This document shows positions 1 through 10,208 of a DNA stretch of 64,000 bases, one piece after another. Made by a program: the position numbers and the translations under genes. Source of the DNA: a virus (Duplodnaviria > Caudoviricetes); IMG/VR virus record IMGVR_UViG_3300015607_004069, positions 64,001 through 128,000 of that record; one strand, written 5' to 3'. Positions within the stretch are counted from its first letter, which is position 1, and the number at the start of each line of letters is the position of its first letter. The notes below the pieces were generated by a model that was not told where the DNA came from, did not search any database, and was given only the letters and a program-made list of their open reading frames with translations.

Positions 1-1089
1 AGTGGTGGTGAATTAATTTGGCAACAGAGTGGTGGTCTTGATGTTAATCCTGCTGTATTAACATGGGATATACTCGATGTGACTCAATATGGAGCACAAC
101 GCGAGATAGCTGTTGAGCTACCGGTATTGGTTGCTGGTTTTGGGGCCAGAATCTATTTTAACTGCAATAGCGATTTTACAGATGGATGGCTTTTAGAAAT
201 TCCGGCAAATAATTTACCCAAATTAATATCAATAACGGGAGGTGTCGAATCAGTTGTTAACACTGGAAGCGAAACAACGACAGGCAGTGGCACAACCTAT
301 GTTCAAATTATACTCGATAGCGCCGTTGTACGATGCGCTATTATAGATGACAGTACTAGCCCTGAGGGGTCTATAATATATGAGACAAGTCTTGGAAATA
401 AGGTTAATAATTCTAAGGTAGCTGTTGGTTTATTAGGTTCTGGTGGTAATTCATCGACATGTACTCGATTTGAGACATCTATTAATCTTTGGACATTGCT
501 TGATACATTTTATGCCCCTGCCAGCCCCGGAACCTTGGCTACTGATGGAGACTTTACTGATGATGGTATTGCTAGAATTCCCATAGCAGGCGATATTAGA
601 TATGATGCCGTAACCGGAATAGGAATTGTTTGGGCCAATGATGGATCGGCTACCAGCCCTGCTATACTTTCATATGGGCCTTTGCAGATAATTTATACTT
701 CTATAAGAACAGTAGTCAAAGAGCTGGCTTCAGCAGCAGTAAGAATTTATGTTAATTGTGATGCGACATTTGAGAATGGATGGGTTGTTAGAATTAGTGC
801 GACTATGATAGAAGTCATTAGGATAGATGCAACTATAGAAACCCCAATTGATTTCGTTAATTGGTCTGGCGGTGATAACTCTGTCTCTGAAGCATGGCTT
901 AACATAACAAATGTTGCTGGTTATATTGATATTACGGCAGTTGGCCTTAGCAGTGGGGCTGTCGATGGTGACTCGGCGACTTTATCAGTTGATATGGCTT
1001 TTACATACATAAATCAAGATGTGTATGGTATCGGTCTGGAATCAGGAGCGTCCTCGGCACAGGTGACTTATTTTAGATTCCTGAATTAA
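1..1089 (+). CDS. Virion structural/fibre-like protein, 5'-truncated, with internally repeated beta-rich domain
   Basis: Frame is open from base 1; repeat ARIYFNCNSDFTDGWLLEI vs VRIYVNCDATFENGWVVRI; G/S/T-rich. Confidence 0.55.
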   Translation, partial: SGGELIWQQSGGLDVNPAVLTWDILDVTQYGAQREIAVELPVLVAGFGARIYFNCNSDFTDGWLLEIPANNLPKLISITGGVESVVNTGSETTTGSGTTYVQIILDSAVVRCAIIDDSTSPEGSIIYETSLGNKVNNSKVAVGLLGSGGNSSTCTRFETSINLWTLLDTFYAPASPGTLATDGDFTDDGIARIPIAGDIRYDAVTGIGIVWANDGSATSPAILSYGPLQIIYTSIRTVVKELASAAVRIYVNCDATFENGWVVRISATMIEVIRIDATIETPIDFVNWSGGDNSVSEAWLNITNVAGYIDITAVGLSSGAVDGDSATLSVDMAFTYINQDVYGIGLESGASSAQVTYFRFLN

Positions 1090-2018
1090 TTGTAAGGTAA
1101 TGATCTAGTTGGTTTTGTCGGTTGTAGTTTTGAAATTGATTGGTCGATCAAATCAATAATATCTGACTTTTGAATAGAACGAATGGAATAATAATTGTTA
1201 GAATCCAACAGTTGACCGGGGTCCTTCGCATTTTCGATTATAATTATAGGGCATCGCAAACATTGGTTGATTATATAGGCTCCGGCATATCCCCATAAAT
1301 CATTGTCAAAACACACCTCAAAATTCTTGTATTTTTCAATCAGACAGGCTAATTGCCATGGTGATGGTGCCGCAGAACCCAGAGCAATGGCTTTATACCC
1401 AAGACGACGTAAAGCGATGGCATCGAAGATACCTTCAGTTATGGTTATAGTGTCTGTAGAAGAATAATCATCAAAACCCCAGATAAACCATGGATAATTG
1501 GTGAAAGTGTATTTGGCATCAGAGACGAACGCCAGATTAGATGAAATATTGCGAATACACATGCCTGCTAATTTGCCATTGCGCCAATCGCCAGTGGCTG
1601 GGCCTTCGACATGTTTCATTCCATGGATGTCGATAATATGATCATCAGGTATGATATTAAGATCGAGCTTTTCCTGTTCTTTCAAGCAATCATATTTGAT
1701 GGTACAGAAATGCTTTTTAATCTCTTCATCGGTCAGATGTCTGACATCCTGTAACCATGCGTAGTGCTCTGGAGACGGAGTGGTGATGGCGGCTGATAGG
1801 CTTGCTAGTAGTTCTTCAGACTGATAGTTTCTTTTTCTGATGGTGACTAGCTTAGTCTCTGTTGAATCTGGTAATTTGTTGTGTATTCCGATCAATATAG
1901 AGAACAACCCGGCTTTCACCGGGTTGAATGAGTATCTGGATGTGATTTCTGGACGAAATATTAGCTCGTTGATGCTATTGCATAGCTTCTTCGTTTGGTG
2001 GGGCGTTGCTGACTTCAT
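1086..2018 (-). CDS. TOPRIM-domain protein (DNA primase-like)
   Basis: ITITEGIFDAIAL, VCFDNDLWG and KDPG TOPRIM motifs. Confidence 0.75.
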   Translation of the reverse strand: MKSATPHQTKKLCNSINELIFRPEITSRYSFNPVKAGLFSILIGIHNKLPDSTETKLVTIRKRNYQSEELLASLSAAITTPSPEHYAWLQDVRHLTDEEIKKHFCTIKYDCLKEQEKLDLNIIPDDHIIDIHGMKHVEGPATGDWRNGKLAGMCIRNISSNLAFVSDAKYTFTNYPWFIWGFDDYSSTDTITITEGIFDAIALRRLGYKAIALGSAAPSPWQLACLIEKYKNFEVCFDNDLWGYAGAYIINQCLRCPIIIIENAKDPGQLLDSNNYYSIRSIQKSDIIDLIDQSISKLQPTKPTRSLPYN

Positions 2019-2949
2019 CGAATGATCCTATCATGTCGTCTTCAGAGTGCTGAACGGCTGTCGGAGGGGTGATGTTGAAAGCTTGTCCGCTTGTTTCCAA
2101 GAACTGGACGACCTTTCCACGATCACTGTTGCCTTCGCTACCGTACATCTCATCATAGTATTTCAATACGTCATCGCCATTGACCTGCCAGAATTTACCG
2201 ATGGCTCGAAGAGAGTCTTGAGCATGCCCATAATTAGGGCCATATTTGGCGATTTTGAGAATCTTATGGCATGCTTCTTCAGTACCATGGTCAGGATTGG
2301 CCAGAGCGAACTGATTGACTCGCTTCGGGTCCATATCTAGAAGCTGATATTCTGGCGTATTGGCGATGTCTTCATCTTGCATGATGGGAGCACTGCCAAC
2401 ACCACCGGTCAGCTGATCCATTTCTTCCATTTCATTGAGGGCCTGCATGGTGCGATCAACGTCTTCCCCGAAAGTGCGGCGTTTACCGGCCATCACTGCT
2501 GGCGGACCACCTTTAGCTGTGCCGCTGGAGTCGGGGGTATTTGCCCATTCTCGGCGTGTGATGTCAGGCTTGCGATCGAACTTTTTGGCGGAGCCGACTA
2601 GTCCACTGGTGAGCCAATATCCGAGATAGGATATCATTTCTTCCTGTGGTGTCTTGTACATGCCGTGTTTCTGAGGGTCCTGATCCCACGATCTCTTGAT
2701 ATTCTGAATTTCCTTCATGAATTTGTTGAAATTGGTTGGTGAAATACCATGATCTTTGTACTTCATCATTTCATTGACAATGATGTCATAGACTTGATCG
2801 CTGGTGACACTAGGATCATTCAGCATGGGAGCCAGAATCGATTTGTAGAAAGTAGACAAATCGCTCAAGTGGCCAGTGTCGCCAATCGCTTCCACAATGA
2901 CTGATTCTGACAAAAGAGCTACATAATAGTTGACGCTGTACTGTGACAT
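1975..2949 (-). CDS. Hypothetical protein, possibly internal head protein
   Basis: 324-aa ORF; LxE motifs (LLSES, ALNEM). Confidence 0.5.
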   Translation of the reverse strand: MSQYSVNYYVALLSESVIVEAIGDTGHLSDLSTFYKSILAPMLNDPSVTSDQVYDIIVNEMMKYKDHGISPTNFNKFMKEIQNIKRSWDQDPQKHGMYKTPQEEMISYLGYWLTSGLVGSAKKFDRKPDITRREWANTPDSSGTAKGGPPAVMAGKRRTFGEDVDRTMQALNEMEEMDQLTGGVGSAPIMQDEDIANTPEYQLLDMDPKRVNQFALANPDHGTEEACHKILKIAKYGPNYGHAQDSLRAIGKFWQVNGDDVLKYYDEMYGSEGNSDRGKVVQFLETSGQAFNITPPTAVQHSEDDMIGSFDEVSNAPPNEEAMQ

Positions 2950-3021
2950 AGGTTCCGTTTCCTTAAATTATGGACACAATATATATTTGTGTCCTATGGT
3001 TCATGACATACAAAAGAAATA

Positions 3022-3888
3022 CTACTGCAATTTTACAGTTGAATTGATTAAATTAAAATGCCTGATGGCGCTTTCCAGATCGGGATTGTTGTACCAGTTT
3101 AAACTGTTGAAGGTTATGGTGGCATCATTGACAATACAACGTTGTGCAGAAGAACAATAGTGATATAGCCATTTATACTGCTGAGTGTATATCAACGTTC
3201 TGCATTTTGCCGCTTCAGAAATGCAGTCCGCAGGTGACTTGTTTATGACAAATGGAACATGTGGATATTTCTTACTGATATAATCATAGTAACCATAGCT
3301 GATAGCGCATTCAGTTTCTCCAATGAAATCAATGACACCAAATGCGAAAAGTGGCACCCCTATTTCTTTGCATTTTTCTATAGTCGATTCTAGATTGGCA
3401 TCCGGATAGCAATGCCCCACCCAACCCATAGCTTCGTAGGTTTCTGTAGGTGGATTCATGACTCTGGTGGGCCATTTTATATCGTGGTATCTGATCAGTC
3501 TCGTATGGTGAGTGCCTTTGATGAGATAGGAAATAGTTCTTTGATTGGGCAGGTATTCTATGATGTTGATTTTCTTACCGGCATTGATGAACGTGATCAG
3601 ATCGTCATGAAAGTTCGTTCTTCCGCAGCTGAAATCATCATAAAGAATGGTTATTTCTGAGAGTAATGGATCGGTTAGAAGCCAATGATTTATTGGCTGA
3701 TTGCATTCTGTGTGTTTCAATTTAGTAATTTGATTGGATGGTACGGCCAATCCACAATCATTACATATAATCGTCAGATCTGGTTTGATGACATGATAAA
3801 ACTGTGGTTCAAGGAGCCAACGTGCTATGGAAGGTCTTCCTACCAATACAGAGTTGGTTTTACCATTATCAACTCCGTTCATAGCCAC
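3022..3888 (-). CDS. Hypothetical protein
   Basis: 288-aa ORF filling the intergenic space. Confidence 0.5.
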   Translation of the reverse strand: MAMNGVDNGKTNSVLVGRPSIARWLLEPQFYHVIKPDLTIICNDCGLAVPSNQITKLKHTECNQPINHWLLTDPLLSEITILYDDFSCGRTNFHDDLITFINAGKKINIIEYLPNQRTISYLIKGTHHTRLIRYHDIKWPTRVMNPPTETYEAMGWVGHCYPDANLESTIEKCKEIGVPLFAFGVIDFIGETECAISYGYYDYISKKYPHVPFVINKSPADCISEAAKCRTLIYTQQYKWLYHYCSSAQRCIVNDATITFNSLNWYNNPDLESAIRHFNLINSTVKLQ

Positions 3889-4552
3889 AGCCCTTTGTGA
3901 AGTCTTTTATAGCGGAAGAGCCAGTAGTAAGTTGCCTAAAGGTAACTATATAATCATTGTGAAAGCAGACAAATCAGTAGCCATTCATGATTGCAATTTC
4001 AAGCCAATAAATTATCAAGCAAGTGGAAGTGATATCCTGATTGATTATATATTCAACACGATCATGGTCACAAAGAAGAAGGAAAGGTTGTTCATTATTA
4101 TTCATCAGCTGTTGTCAGTCATGTCCTTGGAGTCAATAGATAGTGGTAAGCTGGATCTATTTGGCACTGAAAGGCATATGGTCAATAAGTTCTTGAGCGA
4201 GATAGACCAATATTTTCCTAATCATACTAAAATCTCGGTAGAGCATACAACAACACACGGTCCAATTGATGTTTTGGTATGGTTAGACGATGGATCGTTA
4301 GTGGTTATAGAAGCAAAACGAAAGACAGCTGGAATTTCTGCTTATTCACAGGTTGGGCGATATAGAAACTGGTTGGAGAGTGAGAATTCAGATCGGAAAA
4401 TCATCCCGGTCATATTGTCGCCCAAGATAACGCCTTCTGCTTTGGAGGCATTAGAGCGTGAAGGTGGGCGGTGGATTCAATATTCGATAGGGCAACCGAC
4501 TTATCGAGAACTATTGGGTGATGATTATATGAGTCTTTTTGATGCCGTATAG
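3827..4552 (+). CDS. nucS: NucS/EndoMS mismatch-specific endonuclease
   Basis: N-terminal IIVKADKSVAIH..KPINYQ; PD-(D/E)XK core GPIDVL..VVIEAKR..SQVGRY. Confidence 0.85.
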   Translation: MEGLPTNTELVLPLSTPFIATALCEVFYSGRASSKLPKGNYIIIVKADKSVAIHDCNFKPINYQASGSDILIDYIFNTIMVTKKKERLFIIIHQLLSVMSLESIDSGKLDLFGTERHMVNKFLSEIDQYFPNHTKISVEHTTTHGPIDVLVWLDDGSLVVIEAKRKTAGISAYSQVGRYRNWLESENSDRKIIPVILSPKITPSALEALEREGGRWIQYSIGQPTYRELLGDDYMSLFDAV

Positions 4553-5568
4553 GCGGTCTGTTTCATTTTGGCGATATGGTGGGATGTCGCCCCTAATGAT
4601 TTACCCAAGCTGAATTCTGCATCCAAGGTCGTATTGCAGATGATGGGATCATCTGTGCCTAGTGTGACATTCAGATTTTCATGGAGCATGATGGCTAAGG
4701 GGTGATTCTCCAGAGTAGCCACTCCAGTCAGAATATTGCTAGTCAGTCCGAGATCAAAATAGATGTTTAGATCTTTAGCTAATTTGATCAGGTCTGGTTC
4801 TGTGCATATTTTGATGCCGTGAGCGATGTTTGTCACGCCAGCTTCTATGGCTGTCTTGATGTTTCTTGCTGGCCCTGATTCGCCGACATGTGCTCTGACG
4901 ATTTTACCAGAGTTGTGCCATTCTTGTAATAGTGCACTATGAAACGAATGATCGAAGACTGTTTCTTCGCCGACTAGATCGATGCCGATTAGCTTGTCTT
5001 TTAGATCGTCGTTTCTGATCAGTTCTGCGTATCGTTTCTGTTTTTCTTTTTCGCTTTCATATTTTATAGACAGGATGAGTCCGACTTTGTTTGGCCTGTG
5101 TGCTTGAAACCGGTCATGAATGAAGCTTATGGCTTCGACCTTGCTCCATCCAATTGACATGTATTTGTTGATCGAGAAGTCGAGCCAAGCATAGTCGATT
5201 CTGTCAGCTTCAAGTTCGTCGCATATCGATTTGACACTCTGATCAATCAGGTCTTCTGTCCATGGGATCATGTCTAAGATAGCGAATTTGTTTAGGAAAT
5301 GCTTGAAGTCTTTAGGATCATCTGGGCCGAAGACCATCTGGCAGTAGGTGTCGATTTCATCTGTGGCTATATGATGCCAGCCGTTATTATCGATAGTCTG
5401 CCAGATGAAACGATGTGGGATGGAACCGCCCATATGGCGGTGAGTGTCTATGCGTAGTATAGCTGGTGGAAGGTCGATATGTTTATGTATGTTGTACTCT
5501 TCATAGGATTTGATGAATGCAGGCAGTGATTTGTCAGTTTCTGGTAGCATCATAATGAGTTGTTCCAT
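4525..5568 (-). CDS. add: Adenosine/AMP deaminase family protein
   Basis: HRHMGGS, GIDLVGEE, HVGES, IAHGI, GTDDP motifs; start uncertain (ORF extends to 5691). Confidence 0.85.
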   Translation of the reverse strand: MEQLIMMLPETDKSLPAFIKSYEEYNIHKHIDLPPAILRIDTHRHMGGSIPHRFIWQTIDNNGWHHIATDEIDTYCQMVFGPDDPKDFKHFLNKFAILDMIPWTEDLIDQSVKSICDELEADRIDYAWLDFSINKYMSIGWSKVEAISFIHDRFQAHRPNKVGLILSIKYESEKEKQKRYAELIRNDDLKDKLIGIDLVGEETVFDHSFHSALLQEWHNSGKIVRAHVGESGPARNIKTAIEAGVTNIAHGIKICTEPDLIKLAKDLNIYFDLGLTSNILTGVATLENHPLAIMLHENLNVTLGTDDPIICNTTLDAEFSLGKSLGATSHHIAKMKQTAYTASKRLI

Positions 5569-5684
5569 TCTTGTGATTTGTAATACGTGTTCAGATAGTT
5601 TTAACACCATACCAGTTAAGATAAACAGAAGTGTGTTTTGCAAATATTTAGTATGCATCCATGTATTTCGATTGGGGTATAGAT

Positions 5685-7358
5685 ATGACATCCTTGGAAC
5701 GTGCTATTGAAAATGCTTTACGTCTGAATGAGGCTCGAAATGATGATATGTTTGGTGAGACAAAGCCCGGCAGAACATACGAAGATTTGAAGTGGATTGC
5801 GGCTCCAACAACCGCTCCAGTCGATCGTCGAACAGGTCAGCCAGCAGGTGAACCATGGACCATGAATGAAATCTGGTCGGCTATTCGCCCTATAGTCGTC
5901 CATCGTGCTCGAAAACTGGCTGGTGGTGGATTCTCCAAGAGTGGTGAAGTTGACCAAGGTGTCTTTCAAGATCTAGTACAAAATGCCGCATTAGGTGTCG
6001 TGCAAGCCATTAATACCGGAAAAGACGAAGGGCGAATAGGCAATTCATTCCAGACATGGATCGATAACATCATCAGATCATCCATGCAAGTCGGAAAGTC
6101 TGCTGCTTCCTACTTCAGACCTGCCAGAGGTGCACTAGGCATCTTGGAAGCAGTCAGGGATGCAGCTGGTGCAGAAGCGGCGTTAGATCATTTGGCTACC
6201 AAGTTAGAAGCTACCGGGCCTTATAAAGATCAGATTGCCAATCTGGCAACTGCCTTGAGGGATGCCTATGCTTCTGGCAATACCGCTGCCATCAAAAAGA
6301 TGAAAACCGATATGAAGAAATTGAGAGAAGCCATTTCGGAAGCTGAAGAATCAGATCGAACACAAGGTGCCTTCACCGGTCTACATGATACAATATCTGT
6401 CCGTGGACGACAGGAAGCACACAACAAATTCAGGCAAGAACACGGTGTCACCAAGGCCTTCACCACCACCAACTCGGAAGGTGAGAGCATGGAAGCACCT
6501 GATACTCCTTTCGAAAAATCGCATGTTGGCGGCATGGCGACGAGAGAAGCCGCTCGCCGGGTACTTGAAATCGCGTTAAATGGTTATACTGATTCCAGTG
6601 GTGTGAGTCATCCTCCTCTGAATCAGCGTGACTTTCGGATTTTGATAAGATTGTTCGGTCTGAGTGATTATCCCGGTGCCGGTGGTACCAAGGATTATGA
6701 ATTCGACATGAACAAGTACAATGAGGCCATCACCGCTTTGGAAGCAGGCCAGCCGGTATCTATTCAGCCTATGAATACGAAGGAACTGGATATGCTGGCG
6801 AACTACATTAATGCTGATGAAGAAACTAGAAATCAGATGTATGATGCCTTCAGCGAATATCATTCAGCCAAGGAATCGAATCAAGATCCCGGCGATCCGG
6901 TTGTTATTAAAGTCAGATCATCTGATCCAGATGCTCAGGATGAAATAGCTTACATGAATGCTATGTCACCGTGGGCAAGAAGCGGAAGGCCACAGCTTGG
7001 TCCGAAGGCCATCAAGGCCGATTTGGGATTTGATTTTTCTGACGTACGTCTGAACACTCTGATCAATGGCATTATGAAGGGTGTGAAGGCTCGTCCCAGC
7101 AAGCCCGGTAAGCCCGGTTGGGCGGCTGAGCTTGGTCGCAAGTTAGGTCATAAGATAGTGGGCGACGTTCCAGAAGCTGCTATGGCAGAATCGGTCTGGA
7201 AGGACATCGTTCTAAATGTTCTGGTCGAATTCAACGGGCTGTTCCATAAGATTTATGCTGATCTGCTGACGGAGCAACAGGAATTCGATGCTTGCCGACC
7301 ATTTCATCAAAGGCTGCTTCGAGAGAGTCAGCGTATCATAGAGAGTCTTAATGGCTAA
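5685..7358 (+). CDS. Large divergent sigma70-like protein with split region 4
   Basis: Region-2-like FQDLVQNAALGVVQAI..SFQTWIDNIIRSSM; region-4-like LNQRDFRILIRLFGL and, later, KAIKADLGFDFSDVRLNTLINGIMK. Confidence 0.55.
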   Translation: MTSLERAIENALRLNEARNDDMFGETKPGRTYEDLKWIAAPTTAPVDRRTGQPAGEPWTMNEIWSAIRPIVVHRARKLAGGGFSKSGEVDQGVFQDLVQNAALGVVQAINTGKDEGRIGNSFQTWIDNIIRSSMQVGKSAASYFRPARGALGILEAVRDAAGAEAALDHLATKLEATGPYKDQIANLATALRDAYASGNTAAIKKMKTDMKKLREAISEAEESDRTQGAFTGLHDTISVRGRQEAHNKFRQEHGVTKAFTTTNSEGESMEAPDTPFEKSHVGGMATREAARRVLEIALNGYTDSSGVSHPPLNQRDFRILIRLFGLSDYPGAGGTKDYEFDMNKYNEAITALEAGQPVSIQPMNTKELDMLANYINADEETRNQMYDAFSEYHSAKESNQDPGDPVVIKVRSSDPDAQDEIAYMNAMSPWARSGRPQLGPKAIKADLGFDFSDVRLNTLINGIMKGVKARPSKPGKPGWAAELGRKLGHKIVGDVPEAAMAESVWKDIVLNVLVEFNGLFHKIYADLLTEQQEFDACRPFHQRLLRESQRIIESLNG

Positions 7359-8166
7359 GTTATCTCTATTGAATGAAGCTGGTGCGCAGGACATCAAAGG
7401 TGCCGTTGAATTTGGCTATCCAAGCGCGGAACGACCAAATCCAACGGTATTGCCACTTGGGTCATATACTCATCCACGTACTCAGAACAATCTGATGGCT
7501 GGGATGAATCTTGATTTGTTAAGTCCGGGTGAGATTGAACGCATCAAACGGACTCAGAAGGCTATTTTCAAGAACAAGAATCTACCTGACAGATACTGGG
7601 CAGCTCGTCGTATGCACCCCGCTGCTATGGAGCGGTCCTACCGGACTTATGATTTGGATAAAGTTGATGGTGTCAAGCCCGTCAGGGCTACAGCACAACC
7701 TGCCGTAAAAGGACAATCTGTCAACCCTCCTAAGGGGACTGTTGACTCGTTTCGGCCTAAACAATGGGCCGTCCCAGAGCCTAAAGTAACACCACCAGCT
7801 GACACCGTTCCCGTACCTGATGTGGTCCAAGATCGTGGCGGTATAGACCAGACTAGGGAATTCCCACAGCAGAACATACAGCAGGCACAAAGGCAGACGC
7901 AAACAAAACCACAACCAAGCCAGCAATCTGTAGCTAGCCAAGATCAGGAATTTTATGAGCCTGTCAGGCCACAGCCACAAATTCCGATGTCTGTACCAGA
8001 TAATACGCCTAATGCCATTGGGGATGAGGAAGACGGCATACATGATATTGATAGTGCTCCTGAATTGAAATCAGATAATACCACGACGACCGTTGGTATT
8101 AATAATGAGCCGCCAAATGAGCCGTTAGAGGATGAGTTAGATAAGTTATTTAATAGCGAGGAGTAG
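7351..8166 (+). CDS. Head-associated protein, weakly resembling T4 gp2 DNA end protector, with low-complexity P/Q/E tail
   Basis: P.VL.LG..AGMNLDLL..YRTY pattern; starts MAKLSLLNE. Confidence 0.35.
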   Translation: MAKLSLLNEAGAQDIKGAVEFGYPSAERPNPTVLPLGSYTHPRTQNNLMAGMNLDLLSPGEIERIKRTQKAIFKNKNLPDRYWAARRMHPAAMERSYRTYDLDKVDGVKPVRATAQPAVKGQSVNPPKGTVDSFRPKQWAVPEPKVTPPADTVPVPDVVQDRGGIDQTREFPQQNIQQAQRQTQTKPQPSQQSVASQDQEFYEPVRPQPQIPMSVPDNTPNAIGDEEDGIHDIDSAPELKSDNTTTTVGINNEPPNEPLEDELDKLFNSEE

Positions 8167-8167
8167 G

Positions 8168-8407
8168 ATGCAATCTGATACGGTTATAGTCACGCCAATA
8201 TTCAAATGGCAATGTCTAAAGTGTAACCATATTAATATCTCTGAAGGTGTAGAAGTTTCAGATGATCAATTGAAGGAAGTAGCTGAGCAAGTGGCTGTGT
8301 TATTTGGTGATTCTAAGGGTCCACCACATGGAATGATAGAACCACCTTTTGAGGTTCAGTGTGAGAAGTGTCACACTGATTTCTTTACTGAACAACAGGT
8401 GTATTAG
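8168..8407 (+). CDS. Small zinc-ribbon protein
   Basis: CLKC and CEKC pairs. Confidence 0.55.
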   Translation: MQSDTVIVTPIFKWQCLKCNHINISEGVEVSDDQLKEVAEQVAVLFGDSKGPPHGMIEPPFEVQCEKCHTDFFTEQQVY

Positions 8408-9174
8408 CCTCGCGATTTCGGTCGTGGGCCGATATCACGGATTCCGAAGTACTTATTGATACAATCGAGTATCCGGTTGGTCACTGCTTCTTCAGTGATG
8501 AACTTGCCGGTGTGTCGATGCTCTTCTTGAGCAGCCTTGATTATTCTGTTTCGTTGTTCATTGAGTGGTTTGAGGACTGCTCGTCGGACGGAAGGATCTG
8601 CTACCATGTCCCAGCAGATGATGTGGTAATCCGGCTGAACAACATATGATTTTTCACCGCTTCTGTGTTCGAAAAGCTCTTCTACTTCACCAAGACCACG
8701 AGATGAAGTGCATACTCGGCATTTGCGTTCGAACAGGCCTCGTAGGCTTCTGCCGTACACTTGATTGTCCAGAACTTCAATGACACCACGGACTACATTG
8801 CCGTCCATGCTGGCTTTTGTGTTGATATGGCTGATACGTTCCATGTTGATTTTGGCGTTTTCTGGGTGGCCGAATTCGCCATATAGTGCTCTGGCATCAA
8901 TATCTTCTTGGATTTCCTTGATGGCACAGGATAGAATCTGTCTTGGATAGATTCTGAAGTTCTCATTTCTGATTTCTGCTTCTTGCAGAATCCCACTGAC
9001 TCGCAGAATCGGTGCTTCTCCGGTCTGTGTGCTACCACGGACATCCTTGTCTTCTGCTAGTGTGGTCTTCTGGGTCACACTTTCTTTTCGGTTGAAATCA
9101 ACGAAATCAACCATCAGTCTTTGACCGGTTTTGGGGTAGCTCAGAAATGGATTGTAATCAAGCTGAGAAGACAT
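8404..9174 (-). CDS. Prohead core protease (T4 gp21-like)
   Basis: GILQEAEIRNENFRIYP, ALYGEFGHP, SSRGLG, WDMVADPS. Confidence 0.92.
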   Translation of the reverse strand: MSSQLDYNPFLSYPKTGQRLMVDFVDFNRKESVTQKTTLAEDKDVRGSTQTGEAPILRVSGILQEAEIRNENFRIYPRQILSCAIKEIQEDIDARALYGEFGHPENAKINMERISHINTKASMDGNVVRGVIEVLDNQVYGRSLRGLFERKCRVCTSSRGLGEVEELFEHRSGEKSYVVQPDYHIICWDMVADPSVRRAVLKPLNEQRNRIIKAAQEEHRHTGKFITEEAVTNRILDCINKYFGIRDIGPRPKSRG

Positions 9175-9306
9175 AGTGCAAATTTCCTAGTTTGTGTAAC
9201 TACTATTGTAGTTTTGAGATAGAGAATATAAGATTATGTGTCAATATTATGTCTTCCACTAAATATAATAAGACAACCTTCACTCATAATTCATGGTGTT
9301 TTGATT

Positions 9307-10002
9307 ATGGACCGCACACAATTACTCGAAGCAATCACAGCAGCCGGAATTACACCAGAAGCCGCTGAAAAGCTTGTGGAAAGTCTCGAAAATCATCTGA
9401 CCTCGCACAAGCGCAGACTAGATGAACAATACAGCACAAAAGTCAATCAGGCCAAGCAGATTATCCTTGCTGAAACCAAGCAATGGAAGGCCAAGATGGC
9501 CAAACGCATCGGCATCTTCCTTGAAGCCAAAGCCACTGCAGTTGAAGCTCAGGTCAAACGCCAGACAGGTCTGAGCGAAAGCGCTGCCATCAAGGAACTC
9601 AATCAGATCAAGATGCAGCTGTCCGGTGGACAATCAGTCGAAACAAAGGCACTGACAGAGCAAGTTGCCAGACTGGAAGAGCAAGTTGCCAAGCTGCAGA
9701 AATCGAAACAGAATCTGTCAGAACAGTATCAAAAGATGTCCAAGATCGCTAAGGATTCAGTCCTTAACGTCAAGGCCAATGAAAAGGCTCTCGCCGAAGC
9801 AAACAGCCAACTGGCTAAGACCAAGGCTCTGCTGGCTGAAAGCACCAAGCGAGATTCCTCCAGTAATCCAGATAACGCAGTGACCCATAGCGTTCTGAAT
9901 GAAGACACCGTGGCTCGTCCTAACGATGCCGCCAAGCGAAAGAAGAAATCAGCGCCTCCTGTTGACGCTGAAATCGAAGCCATTGCCAATCTTATCCCAT
10001 AA
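9307..10002 (+). CDS. Prohead scaffolding/core protein (gp22-like)
   Basis: Coiled-coil with many LxE sites, directly upstream of the capsid gene. Confidence 0.75.
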   Translation: MDRTQLLEAITAAGITPEAAEKLVESLENHLTSHKRRLDEQYSTKVNQAKQIILAETKQWKAKMAKRIGIFLEAKATAVEAQVKRQTGLSESAAIKELNQIKMQLSGGQSVETKALTEQVARLEEQVAKLQKSKQNLSEQYQKMSKIAKDSVLNVKANEKALAEANSQLAKTKALLAESTKRDSSSNPDNAVTHSVLNEDTVARPNDAAKRKKKSAPPVDAEIEAIANLIP

Positions 10003-10018
10003 TAAGACCAGCAAAATT

Positions 10019-10059
10019 CAACAAGACCCGCATCATGCAACGTGGTGCGGGTCTTGTTG
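10019..10059 (+). terminator. Long hairpin after scaffold gene
   Basis: caacaagacccgcatca / tggtgcgggtcttgttg inverted repeat. Confidence 0.6.
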
Positions 10060-10208
10060 TAGATATTGACCTGTGAGCAAAGATAATTTTAGTTAGAACG
10101 CACCAAAAGCTCAGTCTTATAGCTAGACATTGATGGGCTATAATAAACAAAATAGCGTTCAAAACACAACAGACTCAACCAGTACAAACCAACGCAGGAA
10201 TACCAATT

